Positions 38,727-50,456 of a stretch of DNA of 64,000 bases are shown here, one piece after another. How positions within the stretch are numbered: the first letter of the stretch is position 1; every line of letters starts with the position of its first letter. The notes under the pieces were generated by a model, which made no database searches, was not told the origin of the DNA, and worked only from the letters and a program-made list of their open reading frames with translations. The position numbers and the translations under genes were made by a program. The stretch spans positions 320,001-384,000 of the forward strand of contig JBALDB010000056.1 in assembly GCA_036918135.1 (NCBI GenBank). The letters are read 5' to 3'. This stretch comes from Nostoc sp. Its GTDB lineage: Bacteria > Cyanobacteriota > Cyanobacteriia > Cyanobacteriales > Nostocaceae.

Positions 38727-38859
38727 AGGGACTTCCAGAAAATAAATTATCCGATTTCACGTCCATCAAAACGACTTTCTCTCCCCCTGCTCCCCTGGCC
38801 TCAAAGCGTTCGCGTAGCGTCCCGCAGGGATGGAATATTTTTTTAATTTGGAAGTCCCT
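38727..38859. repeat. 133-bp MITE-like element containing a 24-nt SDR-like insert
   Basis: Terminal inverted repeat AGGGACTTCCA...TGGAAGTCCCT; a degenerate relative near 23490-23575. Confidence 0.65.
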
Positions 38860-39019
38860 AATTCAGCAACGCTGCTTTTTTAGCCCGTCTATATATCTAT
38901 GAGTTATATAATTTTGGTGGTACAAAAGCTGTGTAGCAATTAAGTATCAAAATATACGTATTTTGTGTTGCTATGCACTTGTCTTGATGAATATTGTGTA
39001 TTCTTAGTTTATTAAGTAG

Positions 39020-41203
39020 ATGATTCAAGCCAAAAACATTACTCAATCTGCACATTTGACGTTTTTATTAGAAGTTGGTACAGAAGAACTACCTGCAAGC
39101 TTTCTCAGTAATGCTTTAGTGCAATGGCAAGACCGTATTCCTCAAAGTTTGACAGCAAACAGCCTCAAGGGCGATGTCGAAGTGTTCGGTACTCCTCGGC
39201 GTTTGGCGGTATTGATTAAAGGTCTACCATCCCAGCAACCAAACCGGGAAGAAGAAATTAAAGGGCCTCCTGCTAGTGCTGCTTTTAAAGATGGTCAGCC
39301 GACACCAGCAGCAGTAGGCTTTGCCAAAAAGCAAGGTGTGGAAGTCGAGGCGCTCTCCGTTCGCCCGACTGATAAAGGGGATTTTGTGTTTGTACAAAAA
39401 AGAATTCCCGGTCGTCCTGTGGCAGAAATTCTGACAGAACTTGTTCCCCAGTGGATTTGGGGTTTGGAAGGTAAGCGGTTGATGCGTTGGGGTGATGGAG
39501 ATGCGAGGTTTTCCCGACCAATTCGCTGGTTGATAGCTTTGCTAGATGATACGGTGCTGCCTTTAGAATTGGTGAATGGTTCTAAAACGATTTACAGCGA
39601 TCGCCTGACCCAAGGTCATCGCGTCTTACATCCTGAAGCTGTGACAATTGCCCAAGCTGCGGATTATCTTACCACCCTTAAAGAAGCCTACGTTACCGTT
39701 GACCCAGAAGAACGGGCAAATTTAATCACAGAGCAAGTAAATACAGCAGCCGAAAAGTTAGGTGGATATATAATAATTTACCCCGATTTGTTAGAGGAAG
39801 TAACCAACTTAGTAGAATATCCTTCCGCAGTCGTCGGGAAATTTGAACCAGAATTTTTGGAATTACCAACTGAGGTAGTTACAGAAGTTATGGTAACTCA
39901 TCAACGTTATTTTCCTATATTCAAATCAGGTACTGTCCAACAAGAATTACTGCCGAATTTCATCACCATTTCTAACGCCGATCCCCAAAAATCAGATATT
40001 GTTGCCGTAGGTAATGAGCGGGTAATTCGTGCCAGATTAGCTGATGGCAGATTTTTCTACGAAACTGATTTAACCAAGCCTTTGGAAAGCTTTTTACCCA
40101 AATTAGAAACAGTCACTTTTCAAGAAGAATTGGGTTCTTTACGAGTCAAAGTAGATAGAGTAGTAAAAATTGCCGAGCAAATAACTAACCAATTAAGATT
40201 AGGAGCAAATCAAAGCGAAAAAATCCACCGTGCTGCTTTATTATGCAAAGCAGATTTGGTCACCCAAATGGTATTTGAATTTCCAGAATTGCAAGGCATC
40301 ATGGGAGAAAAATATGCTTTAGCTAGTGGTGAAGATAGCGAAGTAGCAAAGGCAATTTTTCAACATTACTTACCAACAGGAGCCGATGACATTTTACCGG
40401 AAACACTTACAGGTCAAATTGTCGGTTTAGCAGATAGATTAGATACTTTAGTGAGTATCTTTGGTTTAGGTTTAATTCCTTCTGGGTCTTCCGATCCCTT
40501 TGCTTTACGCCGTGCTGCCAATGCAGTGGTAAAAATTACCTGGTTTGCTAATTTAGCAATAAATTTAGATGACTTACTTTTGCAAATAGCAACAGACTTT
40601 ACAGCCAAATATCACAAAGATTTGACATCATTAACCGCAGCCTTACAAGAATTTTTCTTACAACGTATTCGTACTTTATTGCAAGAAGAAAAACAGATAG
40701 ATTATGACTTAGTAAATGCAGTTTTAGGAGAAAACGATCCAGAATATACCGAACGGGCATTAAAGGATTTGTTAGATGTCCGCGATCGCGCCTTATATCT
40801 GCAAGAAATTCGTAACAACGGTACTTTAAATAGCATCTACGAAACCGTTAACCGTTCCACACGCTTAGCCTCGTCCGGTGATTTGGATTCCATACAGCTG
40901 CAACCAACAGCTGTAATCCAAAAAGAACTATTCCAAAAGCCTTCTGAGGTACTTTTATATAATGCCTTAGTAGATTTAGTACCAGAAACTCAAGCCGCAC
41001 AACAGACAAGAAATTACCAACTATTAGTAGCAGCCCTAGCAAAAATTGCTCCGACAGTTAGTAACTTTTTTGATGGCGCGGATAGCGTTTTAGTAATGGA
41101 TCCCGATCCAGAAATCAAGCGTAATCGATTACATCTGCTGGGATTAGTTCGCAATCATGCCCGGGTTTTAGCTGATTTCGGGGCAATTGTCAAAAATCTG
41201 TAG
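39020..41203 (+). CDS. glyS: Glycine-tRNA ligase beta subunit
   Basis: [58 protein letters not shown]. Confidence 0.97.
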   Translation: MIQAKNITQSAHLTFLLEVGTEELPASFLSNALVQWQDRIPQSLTANSLKGDVEVFGTPRRLAVLIKGLPSQQPNREEEIKGPPASAAFKDGQPTPAAVGFAKKQGVEVEALSVRPTDKGDFVFVQKRIPGRPVAEILTELVPQWIWGLEGKRLMRWGDGDARFSRPIRWLIALLDDTVLPLELVNGSKTIYSDRLTQGHRVLHPEAVTIAQAADYLTTLKEAYVTVDPEERANLITEQVNTAAEKLGGYIIIYPDLLEEVTNLVEYPSAVVGKFEPEFLELPTEVVTEVMVTHQRYFPIFKSGTVQQELLPNFITISNADPQKSDIVAVGNERVIRARLADGRFFYETDLTKPLESFLPKLETVTFQEELGSLRVKVDRVVKIAEQITNQLRLGANQSEKIHRAALLCKADLVTQMVFEFPELQGIMGEKYALASGEDSEVAKAIFQHYLPTGADDILPETLTGQIVGLADRLDTLVSIFGLGLIPSGSSDPFALRRAANAVVKITWFANLAINLDDLLLQIATDFTAKYHKDLTSLTAALQEFFLQRIRTLLQEEKQIDYDLVNAVLGENDPEYTERALKDLLDVRDRALYLQEIRNNGTLNSIYETVNRSTRLASSGDLDSIQLQPTAVIQKELFQKPSEVLLYNALVDLVPETQAAQQTRNYQLLVAALAKIAPTVSNFFDGADSVLVMDPDPEIKRNRLHLLGLVRNHARVLADFGAIVKNL

Positions 41204-41286
41204 CGTAGATCTACAAAAAGTTGTGTAATTTTTGCCAATAAACGTTAGTATAGGGAGTGCTTAACCAGGGACCTCTGCTGCAATCT

Positions 41287-43011
41287 ATGTCCAAAGCTCA
41301 TGTAATTGGATTGGGAAAGTCCGGTGTTGCTGCGGCGAGATTGTTGAAACGGGAAGGTTGGGAGGTGGAGCTAAGCGATTCCGCTAGCGCCAAGACCTTA
41401 GCTGAACGCAACACCTCCGAAACCCTCCTCCAACAACAAGAACTCGCTGCCGAACAAATAATCATTAAACTAGGTCAATCCCCAGAATTGAATGGTGCTA
41501 ATTTACCGGAATTAATAGTCGTCAGTCCGGGCGTGCCTTGGGACATTCCTGTATTAAATCAGGCACGCCAATTAGGTATTGAAACTATCGGGGAAATGGA
41601 ACTCGCTTGGCGACATTTGCGTAGGCCCAGCCCGCCGCAGGCATCGCTACCTTGGGTAGGAATTACCGGCACTAACGGCAAAACTACTACCACAGCTTTA
41701 ATTGCTGCGATTTTCCAAGCAGCAGGCTTGAATGCACCCGCTTGCGGTAACATCGGTTACGCCGCCTGCGAAGTGGCTCTGTCTTGGAACGGACACAGCG
41801 ACACAGAGAATTCTTTCCCTGCGTCACCCTACCCCTCAGGAACGCTGAGAGCGAACGGGTTTGACAATGATGCTCCTTTGTCGCTAACGCAACCGACACA
41901 AACCAAAGCCACTGCGGTGGACGAATCTCTTGGTATAAAGCAAGTGGCGTCTAAGACTGCGACTGCTTCAGTGCGTCTCCCAGTCTTTGCGTCTGCTTCT
42001 TTGCCCGCGTTAGATCCTCTCCCAGTCTTTGCGTCTTCTTCACTTGATTGGATAATTGCCGAAATTAGCAGCTATCAAATAGAATCATCAACGTCTCTTG
42101 CACCTCGCATCGGTGTTTGGACGACTTTCACACCGGATCATCTGGCACGGCATAAAACTTTAGAGAATTATTACAACATCAAAGCTAAGTTATTGCGCCA
42201 GTCTGAGTTACAAGTATTTAATGGCGATGATGCTTATTTAAGCAAGTTAGGTTTGAGTGCTTGGCCGAATGCTTATTGGACAAGTGTTAAAGGAAAAGAT
42301 TTTCTGATTAGCGAACAAGGCTTTTACATTGAAGACGGCTGGGTTGTAGAAAAATTAACTGCTACCTCTGCACCAGAACGGATTGTGAAAGTATCTGCTT
42401 TGCGGATGGTGGGAGAACATAACCAGCAAAATCTATTGATGGCAGTAGCAGTAGCGCGGTTAGCGGGAATTAATTGTGAGGCGATCGCTCGTGCAATCAG
42501 TGAATTTCCTGGAGTTGCCCATCGTTTAGAATATATCTGCACTTGGGAAGGCATTGATTTTATTAACGATAGCAAAGCCACCAATTACGATGCTGCGGAA
42601 GTTGGCTTAACATCGGTGAATAGTCCAGCGATTTTAATTGCTGGTGGAGAAGCGAAAGCAGGTGATGATACTGCTTGGCTTGCACAAATTCAAAGCAAAG
42701 CTGCTGCTGTATTATTAATCGGCTCTGCTGCACCTGCATTTGCCCAACGCCTACAAGAGGTAAGCTATTGTACTTACGAAATTGTGGAGACTATGGAAAG
42801 GGCAATTCCCAGATCTGCGGAATTAGCCATGCAATATCAAGCATCTGTAGTGTTGCTATCTCCTGCTTGCGCGAGTTTCGACCAGTACCCGAATTTTGAG
42901 GTGCGGGGCGACCATTTCCGCCAGCTGTGCCTTGCTTGGGTGGAAAACTCCAAACCCAGTAAACTAGAACTTCCAAACATAGAAAATTCTACTCAACGGT
43001 TTATACTTTAA
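41287..43011 (+). CDS. murD: UDP-N-acetylmuramoyl-L-alanine:D-glutamate ligase with in-frame insertions
   Basis: [53 protein letters not shown]. Confidence 0.95.
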   Translation: MSKAHVIGLGKSGVAAARLLKREGWEVELSDSASAKTLAERNTSETLLQQQELAAEQIIIKLGQSPELNGANLPELIVVSPGVPWDIPVLNQARQLGIETIGEMELAWRHLRRPSPPQASLPWVGITGTNGKTTTTALIAAIFQAAGLNAPACGNIGYAACEVALSWNGHSDTENSFPASPYPSGTLRANGFDNDAPLSLTQPTQTKATAVDESLGIKQVASKTATASVRLPVFASASLPALDPLPVFASSSLDWIIAEISSYQIESSTSLAPRIGVWTTFTPDHLARHKTLENYYNIKAKLLRQSELQVFNGDDAYLSKLGLSAWPNAYWTSVKGKDFLISEQGFYIEDGWVVEKLTATSAPERIVKVSALRMVGEHNQQNLLMAVAVARLAGINCEAIARAISEFPGVAHRLEYICTWEGIDFINDSKATNYDAAEVGLTSVNSPAILIAGGEAKAGDDTAWLAQIQSKAAAVLLIGSAAPAFAQRLQEVSYCTYEIVETMERAIPRSAELAMQYQASVVLLSPACASFDQYPNFEVRGDHFRQLCLAWVENSKPSKLELPNIENSTQRFIL

Positions 43012-43175
43012 GTAGTTTTTGAGGCTGATATTATAGCAGAAGGCAGGGGGTAAAACTATTACTGTTGCTAGCGTTCATGCTTATCATTATGTCCTAAAGG
43101 GTGTGACTACGGCTATAAGTTATATCACGCTTACATCTGACAAAAAATTCTTTTCGAGTTTCTCTGATTTTTGCT

Positions 43176-43499
43176 CTATTTTGGCGAATTTTCTAGCTTA
43201 TTTGGATTCACCCAACGATTCACAAATTCGTTTTTGTTTTTGTGTATCTTGATTTGCACTTCCTTAGAACCTAATTTGATGATTTCTGCGGGAATTCTCT
43301 GGATATTAGTAGAATCACCACGAACTTTATAAAGCCAAATGACTTTTTGACCTACTTCAAAATAGTCAGAATTGCTAGTTAAGGAAGGTGTTGTTTTTGC
43401 CCAAGTGGGAGAAGCAATTACTAAGTTGAACACAATTAGTAATAACACTATAGTAATTTGGAAGAATTTTATGTCCATTACATTTAGGAAATTTGTCAA
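43176..43499 (-). CDS. Hypothetical exported protein
   Basis: Signal-peptide-like N-terminus; small beta-rich C-terminus. Confidence 0.5.
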   Translation of the reverse strand: MTNFLNVMDIKFFQITIVLLLIVFNLVIASPTWAKTTPSLTSNSDYFEVGQKVIWLYKVRGDSTNIQRIPAEIIKLGSKEVQIKIHKNKNEFVNRWVNPNKLENSPK

Positions 43500-44165
43500 T
43501 CAAGCTGGTGTGCTATAATGCGCCAAAACCTTGAATTGGTGTGTTACCCAAGCCGTCACACTGTATATATACTCAGATTTTTTCAAATATAAAATTGTAT
43601 TACTATAGTTCATAAATATTCTTTAACTCATTTAGCATTAATTTACTAGAAAAATCTGATTTAAGCTTGGTTTCAGCTTTTTTTCACAGTTGTTGTTAGT
43701 TTTGAAAACTCGCTTATTTCTAAGTATTAAATAAATTAACAGGTAAATTATTTGTTAAAGTTTAAATGTTTACTAATTTGATGATAAATAACTCTAAAAG
43801 AATAATCAAATATTCTTATTTCTTAAAAGCATAAATTAAATTAATGGTAAGCTAATTGAATATTTTGCTAAATACAGATTTAGATTGACAACAAATTTTC
43901 AGGAAAGTGAAGTATATAAACTAAATCTCAAAGCCAGAGATAAAGCTTGTTTGACTTCTAATTTTGGCTCGGATAATTCACTAATTCTTTCGTATTCGCT
44001 TGTTGATTAGTTTTGCGCTCTAATTTTGGGGAGCGATCGCCCAACACTAACTCGTCTATCCTAGCTAATGGAAAAAACTCCTGAAATCACAATCTCTATC
44101 TCAAGAATAATAGACGTCAAACAATCTTTACCATAAAAAATAAGATATATAGAGTTTTATAAACT

Positions 44166-44426
44166 TTGATTGATATGCCTCAGAGTAGAGGCCTACTTGT
44201 AGCAAAACAACCCAATATTGGCAAACTAGTCCGTGCCCTGCGGTCAGAATTAAATTTATTTCAACAAAAGTTTGCCGCCGATGGTGTTATCCCAACAATC
44301 AACTGTTGGGAAAATCAATGTGGGATACTTTCTGCTTCGGCAATGCAGCGTATTAGTACCCTACTCAATGAGTTGGGCGATCGAGGTAAAATTCTTCGAG
44401 CAACATACTTTGGACAACAAGAGTAG
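44166..44426 (+). pseudogene. Xre HTH regulator, probably degenerate
   Basis: QPNIGKLVRALRSELNL.Q.KFAA..GV..PTINCWEN, helix slightly shortened. Confidence 0.5.
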
Positions 44427-44546
44427 GCTTTTTGTTAATGCTGAATTGCTTCTTAAAATTGGCACTCAGTAATGTTTTAGTAAGTTATAAACAAAAAGAG
44501 AATTTTCAGGAGTAGATGACTACAACTGTAGCTTTGTACCCGACCC

Positions 44547-47500
44547 ATGACTAATCGAGAGGAACTAATGAAAAACAAGTCAACGCCACCAACTAAGGCC
44601 GATGGCAATTTCCTTCTCGGTGGGGGTGAAATGGGTGCGCGGATGCGAGAATTCGACTGGTCGAAAACCTCTCTTGGGCCAACACAGCATTGGCCGCAAA
44701 GTTTGAAAACTGCGGTGCGGATTATGCTCACTTCTCGCCAACCAATGTTTGTCTGGTGGGGCGACGAACTAATTAACCTTTACAACGACCCTTACAAAGC
44801 TATTATTGGCGGCAAACACCCAGAAGCACTCGGTCAGCCAGCTTCCTACGTGTGGCGGGAGATTTGGGATCAGGTTAGGCCGAGAGCAGAATCAGCGATG
44901 CTTAAGAACGAGGGCACTTACGACGAAGCGCTGTTACTGATTATGGAGCGTAACGGCTACCCTGAGGAAACCTATTATACTTTTTCTTATAGCCCAGTTC
45001 CCAATGACGAGGGCGACACAGGCGGGATTATCTGCGCCAACACAGACGACACACAACGCATCATTAGTGAGCGTCAGTTGAAACTGTTACGAGAGTTAGC
45101 AACTAGAACAGCAGACGCGCGGACATTCGATGAAGCCTGTACGTTGAGTGCGAGTTGTTTGGAAACCAATCCTTACGACTTACCCTTTGCAATGATTTAT
45201 TTAGTCGATCCAGATCGAGAGCAAGTTTTTCTTGCTAGAACATGCCGCATTCAGCCAAACCAAATCGCAGTTCCAGAAACAGTTGCGCTCAATTCTGATG
45301 CAGTTTGGCCTTTTGCGGAAGTCATCAGAACGCATCAAACAAGGTTAGTTAACATTTTAGAAGCGGATTTTGGCAGCTTGCCTTCTGGTGTATGGCAGCG
45401 ATCGCCACATCAAGCGGTGGCTGTACCCATCCCACCATCCGGTCAAAGCGGTAAAGCTGCCATCTTAATTGCTGGCTTGAATCCCTTCAGGGTATTCGAC
45501 GACAATTATAGAGGATTCATCGAACTAATTGCAGCTCAAATTGCAGCTAGCATTGCCAACGCCCAAGCTTACGAACAAGAGCGCAAACGTGCCGAAGCTT
45601 TAGCAGAAATCAATCGCGCCAAAACTGTCTTCTTTAGCAACGTTAGCCACGAGTTTCGTACCCCATTAACTTTAATGTTGGGGCCACTAGAAGAAACCTT
45701 AGCCAATTGTGCCAACCTGCTACCAGCCAACGAACAAGAGCAGTTAAAAATGGTGCAACGCAACGGAATGCGTTTATTGAAACTAGTCAACAGCCTGTTA
45801 GACTTCTCGCGGATTGAAGCCGGACGGGTTCAAGCTTCATACGAACCCACAGACCTGACCATTTTCACCGCCGAACTAGCTAGTGTTTTTCGTTCAGCGA
45901 TCGAACGGGCAGGAATGCAGTTATCAGTTAATTGTCCTCCTTTACCGGCACCAGTGTATGTAGATCGTCAGATGTGGGAAAAAATTGTTTTTAACCTGCT
46001 ATCTAATGCATTCAAATTCACCTTCGCAGGAAAAATTTCAGTGAATTTGCAGTGGGTAGAGAAAGAGGACACGGAGACGTGGGGACACGGGGATGCGGGG
46101 AAAGAGGACGCAAAGAAAGAGGACATGGGGACGCAAGGACATGGGGACAAGGAGAATTTATCACAAACACTCTCCGCGTCAGAGCGTCAGTGTGTCAGAG
46201 CGTCCTCTTTTGTAGAATTGTCAGTGCAAGATACAGGAATTGGTATTCCAGCAACAGAAATTCCCCATCTGTTTGAACGATTTCACCGCGTCAAAGGAGC
46301 GCAAGGACGAACTTTTGAAGGGTCAGGGATTGGCTTATCACTGGTGCAAGAATTGGTGAAAATGCATGGTGGAACAGTCCAAGTAACTAGTGTTCTGGGA
46401 GCAGGTAGTTGCTTTACTGTGTCAATTCCCATAGGATACGCTCATTTGCCTCCAGACCGGATTGCTGCCACTCGCACCTTAACTTCAACTGCATTAGGTG
46501 CAGCACCCTATTTAGAAGAAGCTCAGCGTTGGCTGCCCGAAGAGAACACTGGGGACAAGGGAACAAGAGAAGAGTTTTCCCAATCCCTAATCTCTAATCC
46601 TGATTACTCCTTATCCTCTTCAAAGGCTTCACCTTCCTCAAAATCCCGAATTCTTTTAGCTGAGGACAATGCTGATATGCGCGATTATGTCAAGCGGTTG
46701 TTAAGTCAGCAGTATGAAGTGGAAGCAGTACCGGATGGTTTAGCTGCTTTGGATTCTGTGCGGCGGCGTCTGCCAGACTTGGTACTGACGGATGTAATGA
46801 TGCCTTTGTTAGATGGCTTTGGATTGTTGCAAGCATTACGCGCCGATCCGCAGACGAGAAAAGTTCCGATTATTCTGCTGTCGGCACGGGCAGGAGAAGA
46901 GGCACGAGTGGGAGGTTTAGAAGCCGGAGCTGATGATTACCTGATTAAACCGTTCTCTGCCCGTGAATTGTTGGTGCGGGTAGAAGCAGCCATAAAAATG
47001 GCTCATCTGAGACAGCAGGCAATGGAACGCGAACAAGAGTTACGCATTGAGACTGAGGTTGCAAAAGCACACCTGGAGACAGTTTTAGCTGGTATTCAAG
47101 ACCAGTTCTTTGTACTGGATTGCGAGTGGCGCTACACCTTTGTTAATCAGCAAGTAACAGAAGTTCTTGGTCTTTCAAAGGAAGAGTTGCTAGGTAGGAG
47201 CATTTGGGAAGTGTTTCCAGATATTGTAGCAAGCGAGTTTGATATCCAGGTTCATCGAGCGATCGCCGAACAAACCGTTGTTCGTTTTGAATACTTTTAT
47301 CCTAAATGGAATCGCTGGTTTGAAAATCGCATTTATCCCTTTGCAGAAGGAGTATCAATATTTGTTACCGATATCAGTGATATATACGAGGAACTGCGGT
47401 TACGCAAACAAGCACAAGAAGCACTTCGAGAGAGTGAGGAACGCTTTCGGCTAATGGCAGATTCAGCACCGACATTGATTTGGATGTCTGGCATCGATAA

Positions 47501-48992
47501 AATATGTAATTATTTTAACAATTCTTGGTTAAACTTCACTGGGCGAACTATAGAGCAAGAGATGGGCAATGGTTGGACTCAAGGAGTGCATCCTGAGGAT
47601 CTGCAATATTGCTTAGATACTTATGCAAACGCCTTTGATACCCATCAAAGGTTGGAAATGGAATATCGACTCAGACGCTTTGATGGCAAATATTGCTGGA
47701 TTTTTGATGTCGGTGTACCCAGGTTTACTCCCGAAGGAGACTTTTTGGGCTACATCGGCTCGTGTATTGATATTAGCGAACGCAAGGCAGCAGAAGCAGA
47801 ACGCGATCGCCTGCTGCAACTGGAGCAAGCTGCCAGAACCGAAGCCGAAAGAGCCAACCGCATCAAGGATGAGTTTCTAGCAGTGCTGTCCCATGAATTG
47901 CGATCGCCACTCAATCCGATTCTCGGTTGGGCGAGTCTGTTACAGACGCGTGAGTTTGACCAAACCGCACTCAAAAAAGCTATTGCCACAATTGAGCGTA
48001 ATGCAAAATTACAAGCTCAACTGATTGAAGATTTGCTCGATGTCTCTCGCATTTTGCAAGGTAAACTCAGCCTCAACATGTTTCCTGTCAACCTAGTGTT
48101 TGTGATTGATGCGGCACTAGAGACAGTGCGTCTGGCAGCAGAGGCTAAAAATATTCAAATTCAGAAAATTTTAGATGCTTCTGTAGAGCAAATTTTGGGT
48201 GATTCCAGCCGTTTACAACAAGTAATCTGGAATTTGTTATCAAATGCGGTTAAATTCACTCCTCAAGGTGGAAAAATTGAGATTCAACTACAGTGCATTG
48301 ACAATCAAGCTGAGATTGTTGTCAGTGATACAGGCAAGGGAATCAGTTCCGAATTCCTGCCTTACGTGTTTGAATATTTTCGTCAAGCTGATAGCACAAC
48401 AACCCGCAAGTTTGGTGGCTTGGGGTTAGGCTTAGCAATTGTCCGTCATCTGGTAGAACTACATGGGGGAACGATTTGGGCAGAAAGTTTAGGTGAAGGG
48501 CAAGGAGCTAGTTTTACGGTCACGCTACCGATAATCAAAAAAGATTTAGCTGCAAAACAAGACATCAACATTGCTGACTTGGATGCTTCTCCTGCGATTG
48601 AAATTCTTACAGGCATCCAAATCTTAGTTGTGGACGATGACGTAGACACCCGCGAATTTCACACATTCGTCCTAGAACAAGCTGGAGCAAAAGTTACCTC
48701 TGTGTCCTCGGCTTTGGAGGCACTACAAGCCTTGGCACAATCAAAACCAGATATTCTAGTGAGTGATATCGGAATGCCACAAACAGATGGTTACATGCTA
48801 ATGCGCCAAGTTCAAGCATTGCAGGCAGAGCAAGGGACACAGATTGTGGCGATCGCTTTAACTGCTTATGCAGGAGAAATCAACCAGCAACTAGCACTCG
48901 AATCAGGGTTTCAAAAGCATATATCCAAACCCGTCGAACCAGAGGAATTAATCATGGCAATTGCTACTTTGATTGGTAGCAGTGGAGAGTAG
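44547..48992 (+). CDS. Multi-domain hybrid sensor histidine kinase (PAS/GAF-HisKA-HATPase-REC-PAS-PAS-HisKA-HATPase-REC)
   Basis: Two H-boxes (SHEFRTP, SHELRSP), two NLLSNA.KFT/G-box sets, two receiver domains (LTDVMMP, VSDIGMP). Confidence 0.95.
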   Translation: MTNREELMKNKSTPPTKADGNFLLGGGEMGARMREFDWSKTSLGPTQHWPQSLKTAVRIMLTSRQPMFVWWGDELINLYNDPYKAIIGGKHPEALGQPASYVWREIWDQVRPRAESAMLKNEGTYDEALLLIMERNGYPEETYYTFSYSPVPNDEGDTGGIICANTDDTQRIISERQLKLLRELATRTADARTFDEACTLSASCLETNPYDLPFAMIYLVDPDREQVFLARTCRIQPNQIAVPETVALNSDAVWPFAEVIRTHQTRLVNILEADFGSLPSGVWQRSPHQAVAVPIPPSGQSGKAAILIAGLNPFRVFDDNYRGFIELIAAQIAASIANAQAYEQERKRAEALAEINRAKTVFFSNVSHEFRTPLTLMLGPLEETLANCANLLPANEQEQLKMVQRNGMRLLKLVNSLLDFSRIEAGRVQASYEPTDLTIFTAELASVFRSAIERAGMQLSVNCPPLPAPVYVDRQMWEKIVFNLLSNAFKFTFAGKISVNLQWVEKEDTETWGHGDAGKEDAKKEDMGTQGHGDKENLSQTLSASERQCVRASSFVELSVQDTGIGIPATEIPHLFERFHRVKGAQGRTFEGSGIGLSLVQELVKMHGGTVQVTSVLGAGSCFTVSIPIGYAHLPPDRIAATRTLTSTALGAAPYLEEAQRWLPEENTGDKGTREEFSQSLISNPDYSLSSSKASPSSKSRILLAEDNADMRDYVKRLLSQQYEVEAVPDGLAALDSVRRRLPDLVLTDVMMPLLDGFGLLQALRADPQTRKVPIILLSARAGEEARVGGLEAGADDYLIKPFSARELLVRVEAAIKMAHLRQQAMEREQELRIETEVAKAHLETVLAGIQDQFFVLDCEWRYTFVNQQVTEVLGLSKEELLGRSIWEVFPDIVASEFDIQVHRAIAEQTVVRFEYFYPKWNRWFENRIYPFAEGVSIFVTDISDIYEELRLRKQAQEALRESEERFRLMADSAPTLIWMSGIDKICNYFNNSWLNFTGRTIEQEMGNGWTQGVHPEDLQYCLDTYANAFDTHQRLEMEYRLRRFDGKYCWIFDVGVPRFTPEGDFLGYIGSCIDISERKAAEAERDRLLQLEQAARTEAERANRIKDEFLAVLSHELRSPLNPILGWASLLQTREFDQTALKKAIATIERNAKLQAQLIEDLLDVSRILQGKLSLNMFPVNLVFVIDAALETVRLAAEAKNIQIQKILDASVEQILGDSSRLQQVIWNLLSNAVKFTPQGGKIEIQLQCIDNQAEIVVSDTGKGISSEFLPYVFEYFRQADSTTTRKFGGLGLGLAIVRHLVELHGGTIWAESLGEGQGASFTVTLPIIKKDLAAKQDINIADLDASPAIEILTGIQILVVDDDVDTREFHTFVLEQAGAKVTSVSSALEALQALAQSKPDILVSDIGMPQTDGYMLMRQVQALQAEQGTQIVAIALTAYAGEINQQLALESGFQKHISKPVEPEELIMAIATLIGSSGE

Positions 48993-49171
48993 GGAGTGAT
49001 GAACGCCAGTTGCTTCTCCTATCAAAGACGCTAGGCGAACAAGTCGGCAGAGCCACCCAACACACTGGCTCCTGTTGACTAAGGAGTCTTAAATGCTGAG
49101 TTAAGAGCTAAGAATTTTCTCCTGTGCCCCTCTGCTTTCCATCTCCTTATCTCCCTATACTCCCAACTCCT

Positions 49172-49609
49172 TCATCCCTTGGTGTGTTTGTCAATAATGT
49201 TGGCTAAGTCTGGCACCGCCCCTTCAACGTGTTTTTTGGCTGAACCACGCAGTTTCTCATAAGTTCCTCGGACGATTTGGCGTTTGACAGTTTTGAGCCT
49301 CGCGTCAGTTACGCTTAAAAGCGCGTCTGCTGTGGATGAGGAATTCGCAATCACATGCCCTACTGGGTCGCCCTTTTTCACGCCTTCATTCCAAATAGGA
49401 TCGAGCGCCGTCAAGCACTGGGGTAAAAGCTGTTCAACGCCATAAGGAATGTATCCAGGCTTGACTCCCTTTAAGGCGCCAAAGGCAGCTTTCAGCGCCA
49501 TACCGCTGATACCTGACTTGGACGCAACTTGTGTTTCGATCATGTTGCAGCAATCTTCTATGACCATAGCTTTTTTGTTTGGGTTCAAAAGTTCCTCGCT
49601 GAGTCCCAT
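49172..49609 (-). CDS. Conserved hypothetical protein (DUF6918-like)
   Basis: V.SKSG.SG.ALK.A...VKPG...ADALL.VTD...Y.KLR..A..HV..AVP. Confidence 0.65.
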   Translation of the reverse strand: MGLSEELLNPNKKAMVIEDCCNMIETQVASKSGISGMALKAAFGALKGVKPGYIPYGVEQLLPQCLTALDPIWNEGVKKGDPVGHVIANSSSTADALLSVTDARLKTVKRQIVRGTYEKLRGSAKKHVEGAVPDLANIIDKHTKG

Positions 49610-50158
49610 TTCACTCCTCCTAAGAATTCAGTACTTAATTTTCATTCGACTAATTTTTTAGCAAGCAGGAAATTAAAGAAAATGGTAATAGAGATGCCAT
49701 TACCAGTCCTAAAGATAACCTTGCTGCGCTGTTCAATCGTTGTCTGAAAGTTAGATATAACTTAATTGTGTGGTCTTAGTATTACATTAAAAAACAATTC
49801 CTAAATAAATATACTTAAATATATCATCTTAATTTGTATGTTTTTATGCTACATTTCCAAAGTTCTGGTAAAACGCCAGACATATTCGATGATGCTTAAC
49901 TAGCTGTTGAGAATTTTAGCAAGCAGTGGTGCGATCGCAAATAGCAATATAGACAAATATCATAGCTAAATAGCTATTAAGTAATATGCCAATAGTGGCA
50001 TTTATTTTTGTACAACACTCTTTTGAATAAAAAATTACTGCGCTGACAAGTTGATGCCAATAGCATGTACAATTTTTACTTAAAATTTAAACGATGCGAG
50101 ACAATGTGTGAGTAGCAAGTTTAACTTTACTCCTGTAATTTATAGTAGGTGTAAGGCT

Positions 50159-50368
50159 ATGATTTCTCCAAATTATGATTCAATTTCTACTGTAAACGAA
50201 CTGCTGAGAAAAATCAGAATCAAAGAAAGTCAGCTAAAAATTGCACAAGAATCTGACATGGTAAATGTAGTTACAGCATTACAAACTCAACTGTTAGAGT
50301 TACAGGATGAGTTATCAGAGTCACCTGACTTGGAATTACAAGCGTTGATGAGTTTGTTGGATGATTAA
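50159..50368 (+). CDS. Small hypothetical coiled-coil protein
   Basis: ORF with a plausible helical composition; start uncertain. Confidence 0.45.
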   Translation: MISPNYDSISTVNELLRKIRIKESQLKIAQESDMVNVVTALQTQLLELQDELSESPDLELQALMSLLDD

Positions 50369-50456
50369 ATTTTGTAGTCGAACTTGAGAAAATATCAACA
50401 GCATAAAATCAAAAGTGTAGACCTACTGCGATCGCAGTTCAGTGTAGCTAGCTGGG

